A DNA stretch of 63,944 bases, counting the filler, from Choristocarpus tenellus KU-1152 (taxonomy: Eukaryota; Protista; Phaeophyceae): NCBI GenBank assembly GCA_964200185.2. It is 16 parts of 16 records of this genome, joined end to end, with 100 filler letters (N's around TTAATTAATTAA, not from the genome) between each part and the next. Parts side by side here need not be neighbours in the genome. Positions count along the whole stretch, not along the records: positions 35,854 to 40,527 come from CAXNAD020013518.1; positions 40,628 to 43,645 come from CAXNAD020022909.1; positions 43,746 to 48,292 come from CAXNAD020014057.1; positions 48,393 to 52,281 come from CAXNAD020017339.1; 12 more parts are not named here. One strand, given 5' to 3'. How positions within the stretch are numbered: the stretch's first letter is position 1; each line of letters begins with the position of its first letter. The notes below the pieces were generated by a model. That model worked only from the letters and a program-made list of their open reading frames with translations. It was not told where the DNA came from and did no database searches. Below, in pieces: positions 38,881 to 51,535 of this stretch. A program made the position numbers and the translations under genes.

Positions 38881-41800
38881 CTAAGTGAGGGTCGCCGAAC
38901 TACCCGGGGGGGGGTGGGGCGGGGCGGGGCGGAAGAGGGGGTCTAAATTGCATGGTATACTATTTTTAATTTTTTTTTTAATGAAACCCTGAACTAACAC
39001 ATCCTTCCTATACAGCGAAAACTGCCGCATTCAAAATGTTGCACCTCTAGCACTTCTACAAACGTCCTCAGTATTTCTGTGCACAAAACTGTACTACAAG
39101 GAACACTTTCTAGACCTCTTCCTTTTTTTTCAAAATGAGGGAATATATGCACAGCAGTGCATTATATAAAAAAAGGTTGCCCCCATTTGCCATGAGGAGC
39201 CTGATAGGAACAAAAAAATATACTGCGCAGGTTGATTAAGCTAATATGATAGGAGGCAAAGAGTCCAACAGTAGACACGACCAAAATCACACCCAGATCA
39301 CATTTCCTTATCCATCCCCCCTGCGCTCATTTTTCATTCCCTCAAGGAGGAATTATTACAGGGATAGGAGAGTCTTCAGAGCAACCAACGGATTTTGTTT
39401 AACCCTTTCTGGGGGAAGAAGTGTTTCTGACGGTTTGATAACTCCATATACACGATCCATCTTTTTGAGTCTTGCCAGATGAAACGAAAAATGCAGTCAG
39501 TTGAAAAAAATAGACAACACATTTTTTGCTTTGAAAATCACATCCTTAACATTTTATTGATTATGGGAAGACCAAGATATACCTTGTACTGGAACGAGCA
39601 TGTGCTCTCTGGGAAGCATACCATTCGTCTTTCCTCCATGCTACGAACTGGGGCAAACCGGCAGCGCACATCAGTCTGGGGCACCACATTCTCAGCTGCA
39701 AATCGCCATGACCTCTTTGCCCCTCGTGCAATCAGTGCACCAAGCCTATTGGGGTTGGTGACACAATGAAGGAGGGGGGGGATTGGGCAGGACGGGATGA
39801 CGTTTAAGGTTGGTAGGAAGGCTTTCAGTTGCAATAGGCATGTGACATTAGGCAGGGAGTGACACGGATGAACTTCAGTGAGATGTAGCCTGTATTTGGG
39901 GATCACCCACTGCTGTGTGAGTTTTTGTCTAAGAAAAAGATGACAGTGAAAATAGAAAAAATGCTTAAGTTACAGAATCACAACCCCCCCTACGAAACAT
40001 ACTGGACAGGGACCACATGCAAGAAGTCCCACAGAAAAACAAGTCAGGATAGGGGGGGAAGAGGCATCAATAGGAATCCATCTGTTCATCGAGAACTCCT
40101 CTCTCCCTTTGCATTGCCACTACAAATAATAGATTCAGTCACATTATTACTGCACGAATGTATTCTGCACCATAACCCTAGAAAAAAACATACAGCACGC
40201 CTCCACCCTCAACCCATTCCCCCCCCTAAAACAATGTCCAATTGTATCCTTTCAGAGCAAGCTCTCCAGCAGACAGTAGACTCACTTCTCCAGCAGAGAA
40301 ATATCATCCCCACGCTTGGGGTCACAGGTCATGGAGACCTCGTCCTCAGATCGCAGTCTGCATGATCGACCCGGCGCATAGTCTCCGAAACGGTAGTCCC
40401 ACTTGCACAAGCACTGTGGGTCACACCTCCACCGACCCCTATCCCCAGCACCACCCCCCACCCCCAGGCACCAGGAGCCCCGCATCACAAGCCCCAGGAG
40501 TTTAGGCAAATCAAGGGGCACATGATTNNNNNNNNNNNNNNNNNNNNNNNNNNNNNNNNNNNNNNNNNNNNTTAATTAATTAANNNNNNNNNNNNNNNNN
40601 NNNNNNNNNNNNNNNNNNNNNNNNNNNATATCCCATTCTTAGCGGGGACTTTAAAAGGTGCCACAACATTTATAAAAAAAAACATATGGGCACTTTCCGC
40701 GCACCATTTTGGGTCAAACTCATCCTCCATAAAATGCTCCATCCTCAATTTTGCCGAGCGACTGTTAAACGAGCATCACATGCTACTATTTCCCCAACTC
40801 AGATGTAACACTACACACAGCCTGCTCCCCATCTTTTTCTTTAATTCGATTATTCTTTAAAGTAGTTTTCAGCAAATAATTTCTGATACACCTTCTCATA
40901 ATACACGTATCACTAATATACGCATCACTTTCAAGTGGTGTGCATTTTTTTCCAAAATGCGAAAAACAAAACTTCGGAAGCCAGCAAGTCTATCATGCAT
41001 TGACAAATAGCATAGAGTTCTAGTGTTCGGCAAATGTGGGAGGTAGTTTTACGAGTGGTAAACAATTATTTATCAACATATTTGTTTGCAACTGTCAAAA
41101 TTTACGGGATGTATGGGAGTAGATCGAGATGAAGAGTGCCGACTATCCCTCCTTGTGGTGGGTAATATTGGGCTGACCTTCAACCTTTACATAGACCATT
41201 GTGAGGAAGGACAACATGAAGCCAGCTAGCTCTACACACATATCTGGCTCTCCTCACTTTCTGGTGATATATATGTTGAGCCAAGTTGGAGACAGGATAG
41301 GCATGAGAGTGCAGGTAGATATGTAGATACCTATTAATATATATACTATATATGGTAGAGTAGGTTGCTTATTTTGACCTGTGTGTGTGGCTCTCGTGCT
41401 GGTGAGCAATGCAAAAAGGTATGGGCAAATAGAGAGCCGATGACGAAATATGATCATTCCAGTAGTTGCTTCCGACCTGACTATTAACTGTTGTGAATGA
41501 TGCATTGCCCTCAAATCAAACACATTTTTTACTCAAGTTTTGTAGGCAGAAAACAGGGTTGGGTTCATTCATCTGCATAAAGAGCTTCTTGCCATCCTGT
41601 GCTGCAAAAGAACATGAAAACACAGGCGACCTCTGACGATCACAGACTGGATGCTTAGCAACAAGTAGTTTCGTTTTCGTTCAAGTGGTACTTATATAGG
41701 ATAAAATGAAGTTCTTGCTCAAACTAGACAAAAATGTTGATTGTACCTATCTTCTTTTTTTAGGTCACTTTTTGTTGACTAAATCAATTTGCTCCATAGA

Positions 41801-43084
41801 GTGTAAGCAGATGACTCCTCCCCCCCCTCCAATCTGTGCACACTAACAGCAAATTGAATTCTACCAGTCAATCTTAAACTTCAAACATGTATTTATTATG
41901 GTAAGTGACTGATCTTGAGTATGTAAAGGTAATCCGGATGTCTAAATATACTCAAGGCTTTATTTGTATTAAAAGTGGAGTGTGGCGCTCAATCCAGCAT
42001 AGAATGTAGAGGAAAAGAACAAAGCTCCAGTGTGTGTGGCTGTTCAAGTATCCCCATGCAGAAGTGAACCCTAAATAATCCTAAATCTGTCTGGATGATC
42101 TGTTGACCAAGCGCCTTACCCTTCTCACCTGCATATTGGGTAATGGTAATATGTACATCAATTTAAAACTTTGGGGTAGGGTTATCCTGACCCCCTGTAC
42201 ATGTGAAGTAGAGTGACACAGAAGGTCAGTGAGGATGCCAACATATTTACTCATTTCAGCAACCTGCCCGGGTGTTTTTATAAAACAGTGTTTCACCATA
42301 TTCATCAACCAGAAATGTTGACCAAGATGAGAAACCGGGCTTGCTGACAACTGCGAATAGGGCCAGGGGCCAATACGTTGTTTTACTTTTCCGTCCTTTC
42401 TTCTGGAAATGGAGTTATTATCCCCTCCCATCTTCAGAGCACTTAACTGCTTGCTTGGACGATAAACCAACACACCAAACAGATCACACATATCGCGCAG
42501 ACAAACAAAAATTGACACAAACACACACCCCTCAACACACACACACCAAGTACACACGCCACGGACGACAGTTGGCAAGCACTTCAGATAAAACACTTCA
42601 GATACTCTGTACACACAACAAGCACCAAACACTACAATAATATCAGGCAGCATGCTGTTGCTGGTGCTATCCCTCGGCACCAATCAACATGCTACATACT
42701 ATACCTACTACAAGATAGGTGGGTAGGTAGGTGCCTCGTAGCAGCTGAAAAACGCATGGTAAGGGAGGAATTACCATATTACCTTGAACAAGAAAGGTAG
42801 AATGAACGGCCCAACAGCGGATACCGTGTTCTCTCTTCTTTGCTCTAATATCACACCAAGTCAACAAACAGCATGCAGTTGCTCATCAACAGGAGCATCC
42901 ACAAATTAACACAACTTTTTTCTGCTCCTGTTCCTCCTTGTTTCTTCTAGTTCATTACTAGCTGACCATATCCGCAGTCATGCAGTCCCCCTCTAAAGGA
43001 GGGCGGAAGGTATCTCATGCAACTATAGCTATCTCCTTCGCCTTATCAACCCAAAGAGGGGGTTTCAACCACCCCTTGTTCCCA

Positions 43085-43645
43085 CTAACGGGGAAAAGAT
43101 CGATGGTTCTGGTAGTACATTTGAGTTGGGTCTTCATGCTCTGCTTGGGTGGAGGCCTCAGTAGTCCCCCTGGCCGTTTCTGAAGCAGCTGCCACCACAC
43201 CAGCCTGCCTTTGCTGAGTCACCATACCATTGTACGGATCACGGTAGGGCACACTGTAGGGTCCCACTGTCTGTCCATATGAAATGTGAGTACCTGGGGC
43301 ACCCATCAAGTTCCAGTATGGGCGGGACTGCTGACTTGATCCCACCCCTGAAGCAGTTGAGGAGGTACCAAGTGAAGACCGGTGAGGAAGCACGCGCTGC
43401 TGATGCTGCTGTATTTGCATGTGGTGATGGTATCTTGCTTCTGCTCCCTCATATCCCTCATTAAGTCGACTTCTTGCTTCATATACCCCTCCTCCAGACC
43501 CTATACTGTATGCAGGACGGGCATAAGCCCCAGTCGACATATGGACGAGACGCGAACCCCCAGGAGACAAGTAGCTGGACCCACCAACTGGTCTGCCCTC
43601 ATCAGACAGGACAGCATCAGACACTGGACCCTGTCGCCGCAGTCG
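43085..43645 (-). CDS. Terminal exon of a low-complexity (G/S/Q/Y-rich) protein
   Basis: Open frame of about 186 codons from the contig edge to a stop at 43085, GC-richer than its flank, with a HHHMQIQQHQQ tract; no domain. Confidence 0.6.
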   Translation of the reverse strand, partial: RLRRQGPVSDAVLSDEGRPVGGSSYLSPGGSRLVHMSTGAYARPAYSIGSGGGVYEARSRLNEGYEGAEARYHHHMQIQQHQQRVLPHRSSLGTSSTASGVGSSQQSRPYWNLMGAPGTHISYGQTVGPYSVPYRDPYNGMVTQQRQAGVVAAASETARGTTEASTQAEHEDPTQMYYQNHRSFPR

Positions 43646-44026
43646 NNNNNNNNNNNNNNNNNNNNNNNNNNNNNNNNNNNNNNNNNNNNTTAATTAATTA
43701 ANNNNNNNNNNNNNNNNNNNNNNNNNNNNNNNNNNNNNNNNNNNNAAATGTTTCAGAGTAGGCAAATTGTATGCTTTATGAAGAGGTGTGTCCAGAACAT
43801 GGATATTGACACTTCCTAACAAACACGAGGGCAAAAATTGCATCTTAATTGCAACATTGGATTTTGACCCCCGAATGGACGCGGCTCTACCCTCTAAGAT
43901 ACTTTGGCTCAGGAACGGTATTTTTCTCTTTTGGGCAAGCTTGCTAAGTGCAACATTTTTGTTCAGATATTTGCACCCTTCTTCACCACAACAGGGAGCA
44001 TTCAGTCGCCTTTTCTCCTGAGTAGA

Positions 44027-44204
44027 GGCTCAAAGTATCTGGGGTGTGTGTGTCAGCTGTCCATTTGGGGTCCATTTTTCCATGTCACAATTTTTTGGTT
44101 GATTTGGTTGCATGTGTTGGATGGATAATGTAAGTGCACTTCTCCTGGTCAGGGTCTGAATGAACAACCTGGTGTAGACCCCCAACCCCCAGATACTTTA
44201 GCCA
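44027..44204. mobile_element. MITE family B copy
   Basis: GGCTCAAAGTATCTGGGG ... CCCCAGATACTTTAGCC with B-type internal sequence. Confidence 0.85.
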
Positions 44205-45610
44205 AAGATGCTGAGTGAACTGTTGAAGGGAGATACAAGCGCTTTTTACTACAAGGAGTACTTTGTCCATCTCTTGGGTCAAGCGTGTCATCCTTATCTA
44301 GGTACTATCAAGTGGGAGCTTGCACTCTTCACCACAAGGAGCACTTAGTCCATCTCCTGAGTAAAACATGCTGTCCTCGATCAGGCTTTCACCTCTCACA
44401 ATAGAGAGCACTTGATTCGCCTCATGGTCAGGCTTGCTGCATGTACTCATAGAAGCAGCCGCCAACACTCATCATGGCACATGGACGCTAGCAACCAAGC
44501 TATCTCGCTGGTCAACCCTGCAAAGGTTTCTTGGGTCTCCATGTGAAGAAAATGCGCCCAAAGACATAAGGAGTATGTGAGCACATGACAGATTGACAAT
44601 CAAGCCGGTCAGTTGTGATATCATATTACCTCACCCCATCACCCTAACCCCGTGTTCACTTTCAAGGGAAGTAAGAGGATCCTTGAAACACTTGCATGCA
44701 TACCGGTCATCAGGGACAATGTGGCTAATCTATTAAGTTCTTTTGGATTCATGTTCCCATCGCACACGAAGAAAACACTCTCTCAAAAACTTGAGGGACA
44801 CTTCTCCTGAGAGCTGATGTGACTGTTGGGAGGGGAGGTAGATTGAAAATCGAGGCTTCACTTCAAAATCTATCTTGACAAAATACATTTCATCCCCCCA
44901 GCCCTAGATGGAGCCTTGAGATGAATACGGCTGTTTATTCCTAAACATCCTTCTCATTCCAAAAAGACAGCTTCACTCTATTCTCACTCTTTCACTTCAC
45001 CCCTGGCATAGAAATGTATCGAATACAATGCCCCTCCCAACCTCCTTAGGCTCGCCCTGTGCAGCGTCATCGCGTGACCCCCAGTTGTTACATAGACATA
45101 CTGTTACAAAAGAAACACAAAAGACACATTTTGACCGTAGTCTGACTGAAAATATACGAAATGCTTCACCAGGGATGTTGTAAGCCCTCTGGATTGCTCC
45201 ACTGAAAGGAGTGGTTTGCAGTGCAAAACAAGCCCTAACACATCCTCCCGAAGGTGAGGGCACACAGTGGCAAAGCAGGGAAGGGAATTACGGTTGGGGA
45301 TAGGGGACGATGGGAGTTCTTCATGCTGGAGTCCCAGGTGTTCTTCATGTTTAGAAAGTACTGCTACCGAAAGGATGGCAAATATGCTGCTCCTCCTGTT
45401 GTGGCAATGTACGTTGCTTAAACCTTCTTCACCCGGATCAAGATTGGTGAAGAGATCTAAAATATAGGGGTGATAGGGGTTGGTTGACTCCTGTGCAGAA
45501 TTATCTCTAGTTCATTTCAAGTCTGAGAAGGAATTCAGAAAGCTAACAAGCATTTTTTTAAATAGTATACTCTTTTTGACCCATAGTATCCTAGAGGGCT
45601 TGTCGATTTA

Positions 45611-45860
45611 GAGCCAAAGCATTAAAGAGGCTTAGAGTGTTGTTTGTCTGTTCAGGGCTTGGCTTCCCAAGTTTTTTTATGCCTTTTTTGGTTTTCTGTG
45701 TGAACACAGTTACGTAAAATGTATATGACTATGAAAGGTGTGTCTGGAGCAAAGACATTGACACTTGCTAACAAACACGATAGCCAAAATGATCGAAATC
45801 TCAACATCGGATTTACGACCCCGAACGGACACGGCCCTACCATATTGAATTCTTTGACTC
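45611..45860 (-). mobile_element. Old, diverged family A copy
   Basis: GAGCCAAAG ... CTTTGACTC with the A-type core (GACACTTGCTAACAAACACGATAGCCAAAA); flanked by TTTA/TTTA. Confidence 0.8.
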
Positions 45861-46329
45861 TTTAGGCCACATTGTCCATTTGGGGCTTGATGGGTTATTG
45901 CAAAACACCACAGATTGAAAGCCGTTTGGCGTGTGTTTTCCCTTCAGATTCGATCCCGGCAGGGGATGCCAAAGGAAGGTTGTCGAGATGAAGGAAATTG
46001 CCCTTACATCTAGCATATTTACTCAAATGGCATGGAAATCACAACAGAGACACAAACCCTCCGAAAGGACGCCTGAACCCCCCTCTTTGATACTCTGAGA
46101 GCCTTCAGTTATCAGAACATTGATTCGGAGGACCTCCTTTATGGCCATAAACTATTTCATAACAGAAATTTCTAGGCTGGTTCGTATTACTTCAGAACTC
46201 AACACCTCCCAATTGTTATGCAATGAGAAAACAATGCGTTAAGACCTGCGTTGGCAACAGCTACTTGCCACATACATCACTGGGTAGGAGAGTATGTGTA
46301 TTTATTTCTGTTTGATTGGTCGGCAATCC

Positions 46330-46375
<46 letters not shown>

Positions 46376-46538
46376 ACAAATTAACAAAAAAAAAAAAAAC
46401 AAACACAACAGANNNNNNTTCTGTTTGATTGGTCGGCAATCCACCCACCCACCCACCCACCCACCCACCCACCACATTGCACTTAATATTACATATGACA
46501 AGCGTAATCTGAAACTATTCTGACAAACTTGCACTTAA

Positions 46539-46615
46539 AGACCTGGTACAGCAGAGTCAACCTCAAGACCTGGTACAGCAGAGTCAGCCTCCAGACCTGG
46601 CACTGCCAACTCAGC
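46539..46615. repeat. 27-bp degenerate tandem repeat (~3 units)
   Basis: AGACCTGGTACAGCAGAGTCA(A/G)CCTC repeated; the minus strand reads AVPGLEADS-like 9-aa repeats. Confidence 0.75.
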
Positions 46616-49600
46616 AGAATCTGCTGCTTCGAGATACTCCACTACTTCTGCAGAGGATGAGGGAGACAATTGGGACAGAGAGGAAGGTCAACAAGGGAGG
46701 AGAGGGACTGCCTGGAACAAGCTGAAAGAAAGCAGGTAGTCAGCGACTGTGACTGCAGTGGTTTTCGTCTCCAGTGCTTGGTGGTCTTGTTCTCTAAAGT
46801 ATGGCATAATGCTTTGTCAACCTTGGTACTTTTTCCTCCGTACTATTATCGCCATATATATGCAATTGAAAAATAGCAGTAGTACAGGGTAGGATCTCAC
46901 GAAGAAGTTTTGAAGAACGGAAACTGGGGCCATCTTGAGTGCCTTGATCAGAGGATAGAACCTTTCCTTGTCGAGATTTGATTTTGAGAAAAAGAATAAT
47001 TTTTTGGGCGCAACTGTCCCGAATTTTCTCGAAACGACATGATTCCCACCTTGATGCACCAAGCCAAATACTCCTTCCCCTAAGTTTGCGACGTTATGAA
47101 TTTTCGCTCTGTGTTTTGGTCGTTTCTGTATGAATACGAAGACTTTTCCCGTCATATATGACTCAATTGTATATAGTTGCTTAGAGGGATTGATTGCATT
47201 TCTATTTTGTTCCGAAATATTTATAAATCTGTTCTGAGTTCAGTGGCTGCACTACACCTCGTGGTGCAGCAGGATGGAGCGACCCCGATACGCCGCAGAA
47301 GGTCAACGAAGCTGGGAGGGAGGGGGTTGGGACATCAAGCTATTAACACAACCTGCGCAGTCGCCTGATCTCGATATCAACAATTTGGGGTTCTTGCACC
47401 GCTATAAAGTAGAGTTGGGACGATAGAACACCTTGTGAAGGAGGGTAAAGAGCATGTGTTTGGCGCGTACGGCACAAAGTACTTTAGAGAGGATGTGGCA
47501 GAGTCTCTTTGAGCAGAACAATCAAGTTTTGAAGGCAGTAGGGGGTAACGATTTTCGAGGTGCAGCACGCCGGAACTAAGAAAAGGCAGTATGAAAAAGT
47601 CTGCCAAAATCCATCAGAATTCACGATGGGGCTTTCGACTTGGTGGATTGGTTGATTGATGGGTATGAGGCAAGCGTCGATTAATGATTTTCACGTAGAA
47701 AATATGAAGGAATTCAACGTAAGAAAAAGTTTTTCACTGGAGGTCATTTTGAGAAGTTACACCCTTAACGTTGCAGACTTACGGGAGGGAGCATGACACT
47801 ATGTGTACTATGGTCGATACACGAATCTTTTACTTATTTTCAGTCGCAAATCGATTGTTGGAGGACGGTTTATTGGTCATAATACTCTACAGGACCATGG
47901 GTATGTAGTTGCACAGATCTTACAAAATCAGTAGTGCAGAGCCCATGCCTGTTGTTTAGAGCTTAATCTTTTATGGTCTCTTTCTCATATACTAGATACT
48001 TGACGAGAATTGGGAAAAGGCGACATCTCATACCCCAAAAATACAAATTCAGAATCATCGTTCCGATTCCAGTCTCAAAATTGGAACAGCCTTGTCCACT
48101 TTTCATGTTTTTTCCTCCGGACAGCACTCAACCCTAGCGTTTCCTTAGATTGCATCGTCATTATTTCCTGTTGTATCCATCAACCAGGACAATATTTAGA
48201 CCGATTTGCTCTGAATATGTACAAATTTGCAGCTCAACATTTGGAGGGGCAGAGCCAAAGTATCTTAGAGGGTAGGGTCTCGTCCATTTGGGNNNNNNNN
48301 NNNNNNNNNNNNNNNNNNNNNNNNNNNNNNNNNNNNTTAATTAATTAANNNNNNNNNNNNNNNNNNNNNNNNNNNNNNNNNNNNNNNNNNNNCCCCCCCA
48401 GATACTTTGACCCCGAGGGAAGGCTGAAGAATATGTGTGTGAGGCGTTGTTGGCTTCTAAGAGTGAAGATGGTTGTATCATAACTTTATTGATAATGCAA
48501 CTCTTTTACACAACAGAAGTCTTGACTATATTTGTATACATGCAAGAGAAGGTGGACAACAAGTGCATCAACCAAGAAGGATATGTACGTACTGCTTTCA
48601 GATTTTCACAGTACAAGGAAGGAGAACGAAAGAGATAATGTCTGATGTTATGAGGTTGATTTTAAATAGCCAAAAAGATCGGCGGCATGCTACTTTTTGG
48701 GTTTATGTGGAGATTCCCGCCAATAACACATGAGGGGATCAGCAGATTGATGCAACAGTGTAGATTATACTTCCAATACATAATAAACATACTGCTGGCA
48801 GTATATATTTTCATTGCTTAATGTTGTCGCCTATTTCTTTCACAACCATCCCATTCCACCGACTCCATCACTTCTAAATCTACTTACCTGATTTTAAATA
48901 TAGAATACCTGTTCAAAATAGTAGGAGAAAAAACTGAACTGAACTTTTTCACTTGAACCTTTGGTTATGTCTCAATTGATTGAACTGAGCCGATTCAACT
49001 GTTGTGGTTAACGGCACTATGTATTATACTTCATTCCCCTTAGGTCCTCCCCCCCCCCCCTCTCTCTCGCTCGCTCTCCCCGACTGTGTCATCTTTAAAA
49101 AAAAGATGTGTGTTGGGAACACTATGGCGAGGCCTGACGCTCGAGAAGGTTGAGCAAAACTCAAGGGCCGGACCAGGGATGAGCCTTGTGAACAGGTCAC
49201 TTCCTCACATCCGTTGGATTATTAACAGGGCCATTGACCTCCTTGATGAGGAATAATGGTATGATAGTCAAGGCGAAAGGGGAGCATGCTGGGGGGCACC
49301 AGTTTACTGCACAATGGTTGGTTGTTCAAGGGTAGCCCTTCTCCGACCTTGAAGAGGCAAAGGGTTGGGGTGAGATACATAGATATTAGGGTTTGAAGTC
49401 CTTGTGACAGTTGCAACATTTTGGAGCACATGTGCCTGTTACCGGTCTAAGTTTTTGGAGTCTGTTGAGGTGGCAGGCAATGGTGTCTTTGTCCTGTTGT
49501 GACTGCCTTTGTTTGTTTGCCCAACTAGTTGTCTGTACACTAGTGCATCTGTCTCCATTGTTTCATCATAGCTTGAGAAAATTGTGACATTACAATTGTC

Positions 49601-50243
49601 TTGTCCGTTGTTGTTGTTGATGATGATGTCGGGAAGATTCTCCTGCAGTAGTGGGGGGGTGAAAAAAAGTTATAAATAGAAGCTTGTAATAACCTGGCGG
49701 GCCGCTGACTATTCCGGAAATTCCCCGCTTACTATCACCAACTTGGAAATCGGTACTTCATCGGAGGCGTATAGCACTACCCATTTACTTCCCATTGGTA
49801 CGAGTAATTCAAAATATACCATTGACGGTGTTTGTTCTAGACATATCGAACTGCCAGCTAAACCGAAGCCCATTTTTGAAATCTGAAATGGAAGTTTCTA
49901 TGGCTGGCAATGATGAGGGCTTCCATTTTGGTGAGTAGATGGTTCTTGTATTAGAACCTAAGGCAAAGAATGTAAACCTTACCCCTATCTGTCGTTCCTA
50001 TGGAGTGCGTGCTTGAAGAGATTTCATACAGGGAAGATAACTGACCGCACGGTGGGTGAGTGCACTGTTTGGAAAGTAGTTCTACAAATGATTTTTTTTT
50101 TCACTGCGGTGGTGGAGGATAGAGATACATACACTAAAGCAGCACCTCCCAGCCCTCACTCCTCATTTCCATTCCTTCCCTTCCGCACATACCACCAGCA
50201 GCTCTTTCTTATCTATCCCCGTCACACCTTCTCAATCTTCGCC

Positions 50244-50625
50244 ATGTCCAACATTCGCTCAACAACCCCCCCGCACGCCAATGGCACTGCCCACGGATCG
50301 AGAGCGTCGGACAGCAATGCCAAGGGCATGTCCTCGCTCCTTGAACAGCACTATCTCGGCATGTACAAGATGAAACTCGGCAACATCACACGCACGGAGA
50401 TGGTGCGGCCCCTGAGCGAGCGTGGCCTTGAGTGCGTCAGCAAGTCTATCCGTGAAAAGGGCTGGCTCGAGCAGTTTGCTCTGACCATCGTCATCCAACG
50501 AGACTGCATAGGCAACGGGGACCAGGTCACCGCTGACACCGCGCTTGCCGTTCAAGGACACACACTGGACGGAAACCATAGAATAACGGTGTTGAAGAGA
50601 GAGTTTGACAATGAACACTCTTTCA
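50244..50625 (+). pseudogene. ParB/Sulfiredoxin-like domain ORF, truncated at its 3' end by a family C terminus
   Basis: GCCATG at 50244. VRPLSERGLECVSKSIREKGWLEQFALTIVI...LDGNHRITVLK matches the ParB/Srx pattern R...L..SI...G....i.V...DG(N/H)HR. No intron in the retained part. Confidence 0.75.
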
Positions 50626-50846
50626 ATTCAAGCAAGCAAGCCAACGCAGGGCATACATGTACACGAAGATGAAACGAAATCGTTGCCGCCCCCCACACAC
50701 TGTCCTACTACCACCTTCATCAGGATGGATTCCCATTTGTATCGGGGCCTTCCAAAAGTGCCGCAACATTAAAAAAAATAACATATGTGCACTTTCTGCA
50801 CACCAATACGCGTCTCGCTCGTCCTCAATTTTAATGATCGGCTGTT
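50626..50846. mobile_element. Family C subterminal region and right end
   Basis: ATTCAAGCAAGCAAGCCAACGCAGGGCA...TCCTCAATTTT...TCGGCTGTT aligns with 52713-52932. Confidence 0.85.
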
Positions 50847-51436
50847 CTTTCTACTGGTTGCATACTTTGAAGTAACGAATATATGTTTATATGTATTACT
50901 ATCCTAGCAGGGTAAAGTGAGTACCCCTGGTCAAGGAAATATCCTGTGACTATCACATTATATTTTTAGTAGTATGATGTAGTATGTGTATGCAGTATAT
51001 CTTCATGGATTTTACCTTGAACGGGACAACTGATTCCACATATGATAACACCAATAATAGTTTTATTCTTAGTCATACCGCATCACTAACTAAACCAAAA
51101 CCCCATTTAAAACAACGTTCACCACATGCATCCCAAAAAAGAGTTCAAGCGGTAAGCAAAAGTAAAAGCAGGACAATACTACTGCACCATCAAAGGAGCC
51201 TACTTGATTCCTTATCAAAAATAAAAATAAATAAGAGGGCAACAAGGTTGTGTGGAAGTTTTTCCAATGACTCACTAGGTACAAATATCATAGGACATGG
51301 CCCGAGGAAATATGTTTGAGCAGGATCTGTCTACAACCAGTCGTCAGGAATTCAACTAGACCAGGTCATGCATAGCCAAACATTGTTGAGCATGACTAGT
51401 CCAGGGTCATCGAAGTTTGTAACAGGATCAGCCAGC

Positions 51437-51535
51437 GGTCAGATTAAATGATATATGGCATAGAGCTGGCCAGTCCAGCTCTTGGTCAGATCAAAAGATA
51501 TATGGCATAGAGCTGGCCAGTCCAGCTCTTGGTCA
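51437..51535. repeat. 47-bp tandem duplication containing a hairpin
   Basis: Units start at 51437 and 51484; each carries the inverted repeat AGAGCTGG-CCAGT-CCAGCTCT. Confidence 0.9.

Noticed and set aside
44860-44895. YFVKIDF resembling telomerase RT motif A
   Set aside because: No following AYD or other TERT motifs and no open frame.
45945-45972. TTCGATCCCGGCAGGGGA tRNA-like 3' end
   Set aside because: No matching T-stem or 5' acceptor strand.
46304-46472. Duplicated TTCTGTTTGATTGGTCGGCAATCCAC with a long poly-C (poly-Pro/Gly ORFs)
   Set aside because: The duplication straddles a 6-N gap, and the poly-C is probably a misread (CCCA)n microsatellite; assembly artefact. Poly-C runs near 13250 and 32825 are likewise suspect.
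47256-47300. LVVQQDGATP mariner catalytic motif
   Set aside because: An isolated match of about 10 aa without the downstream SPDxN motif; too short to annotate, though possibly a scrap of the same family as 300-690.
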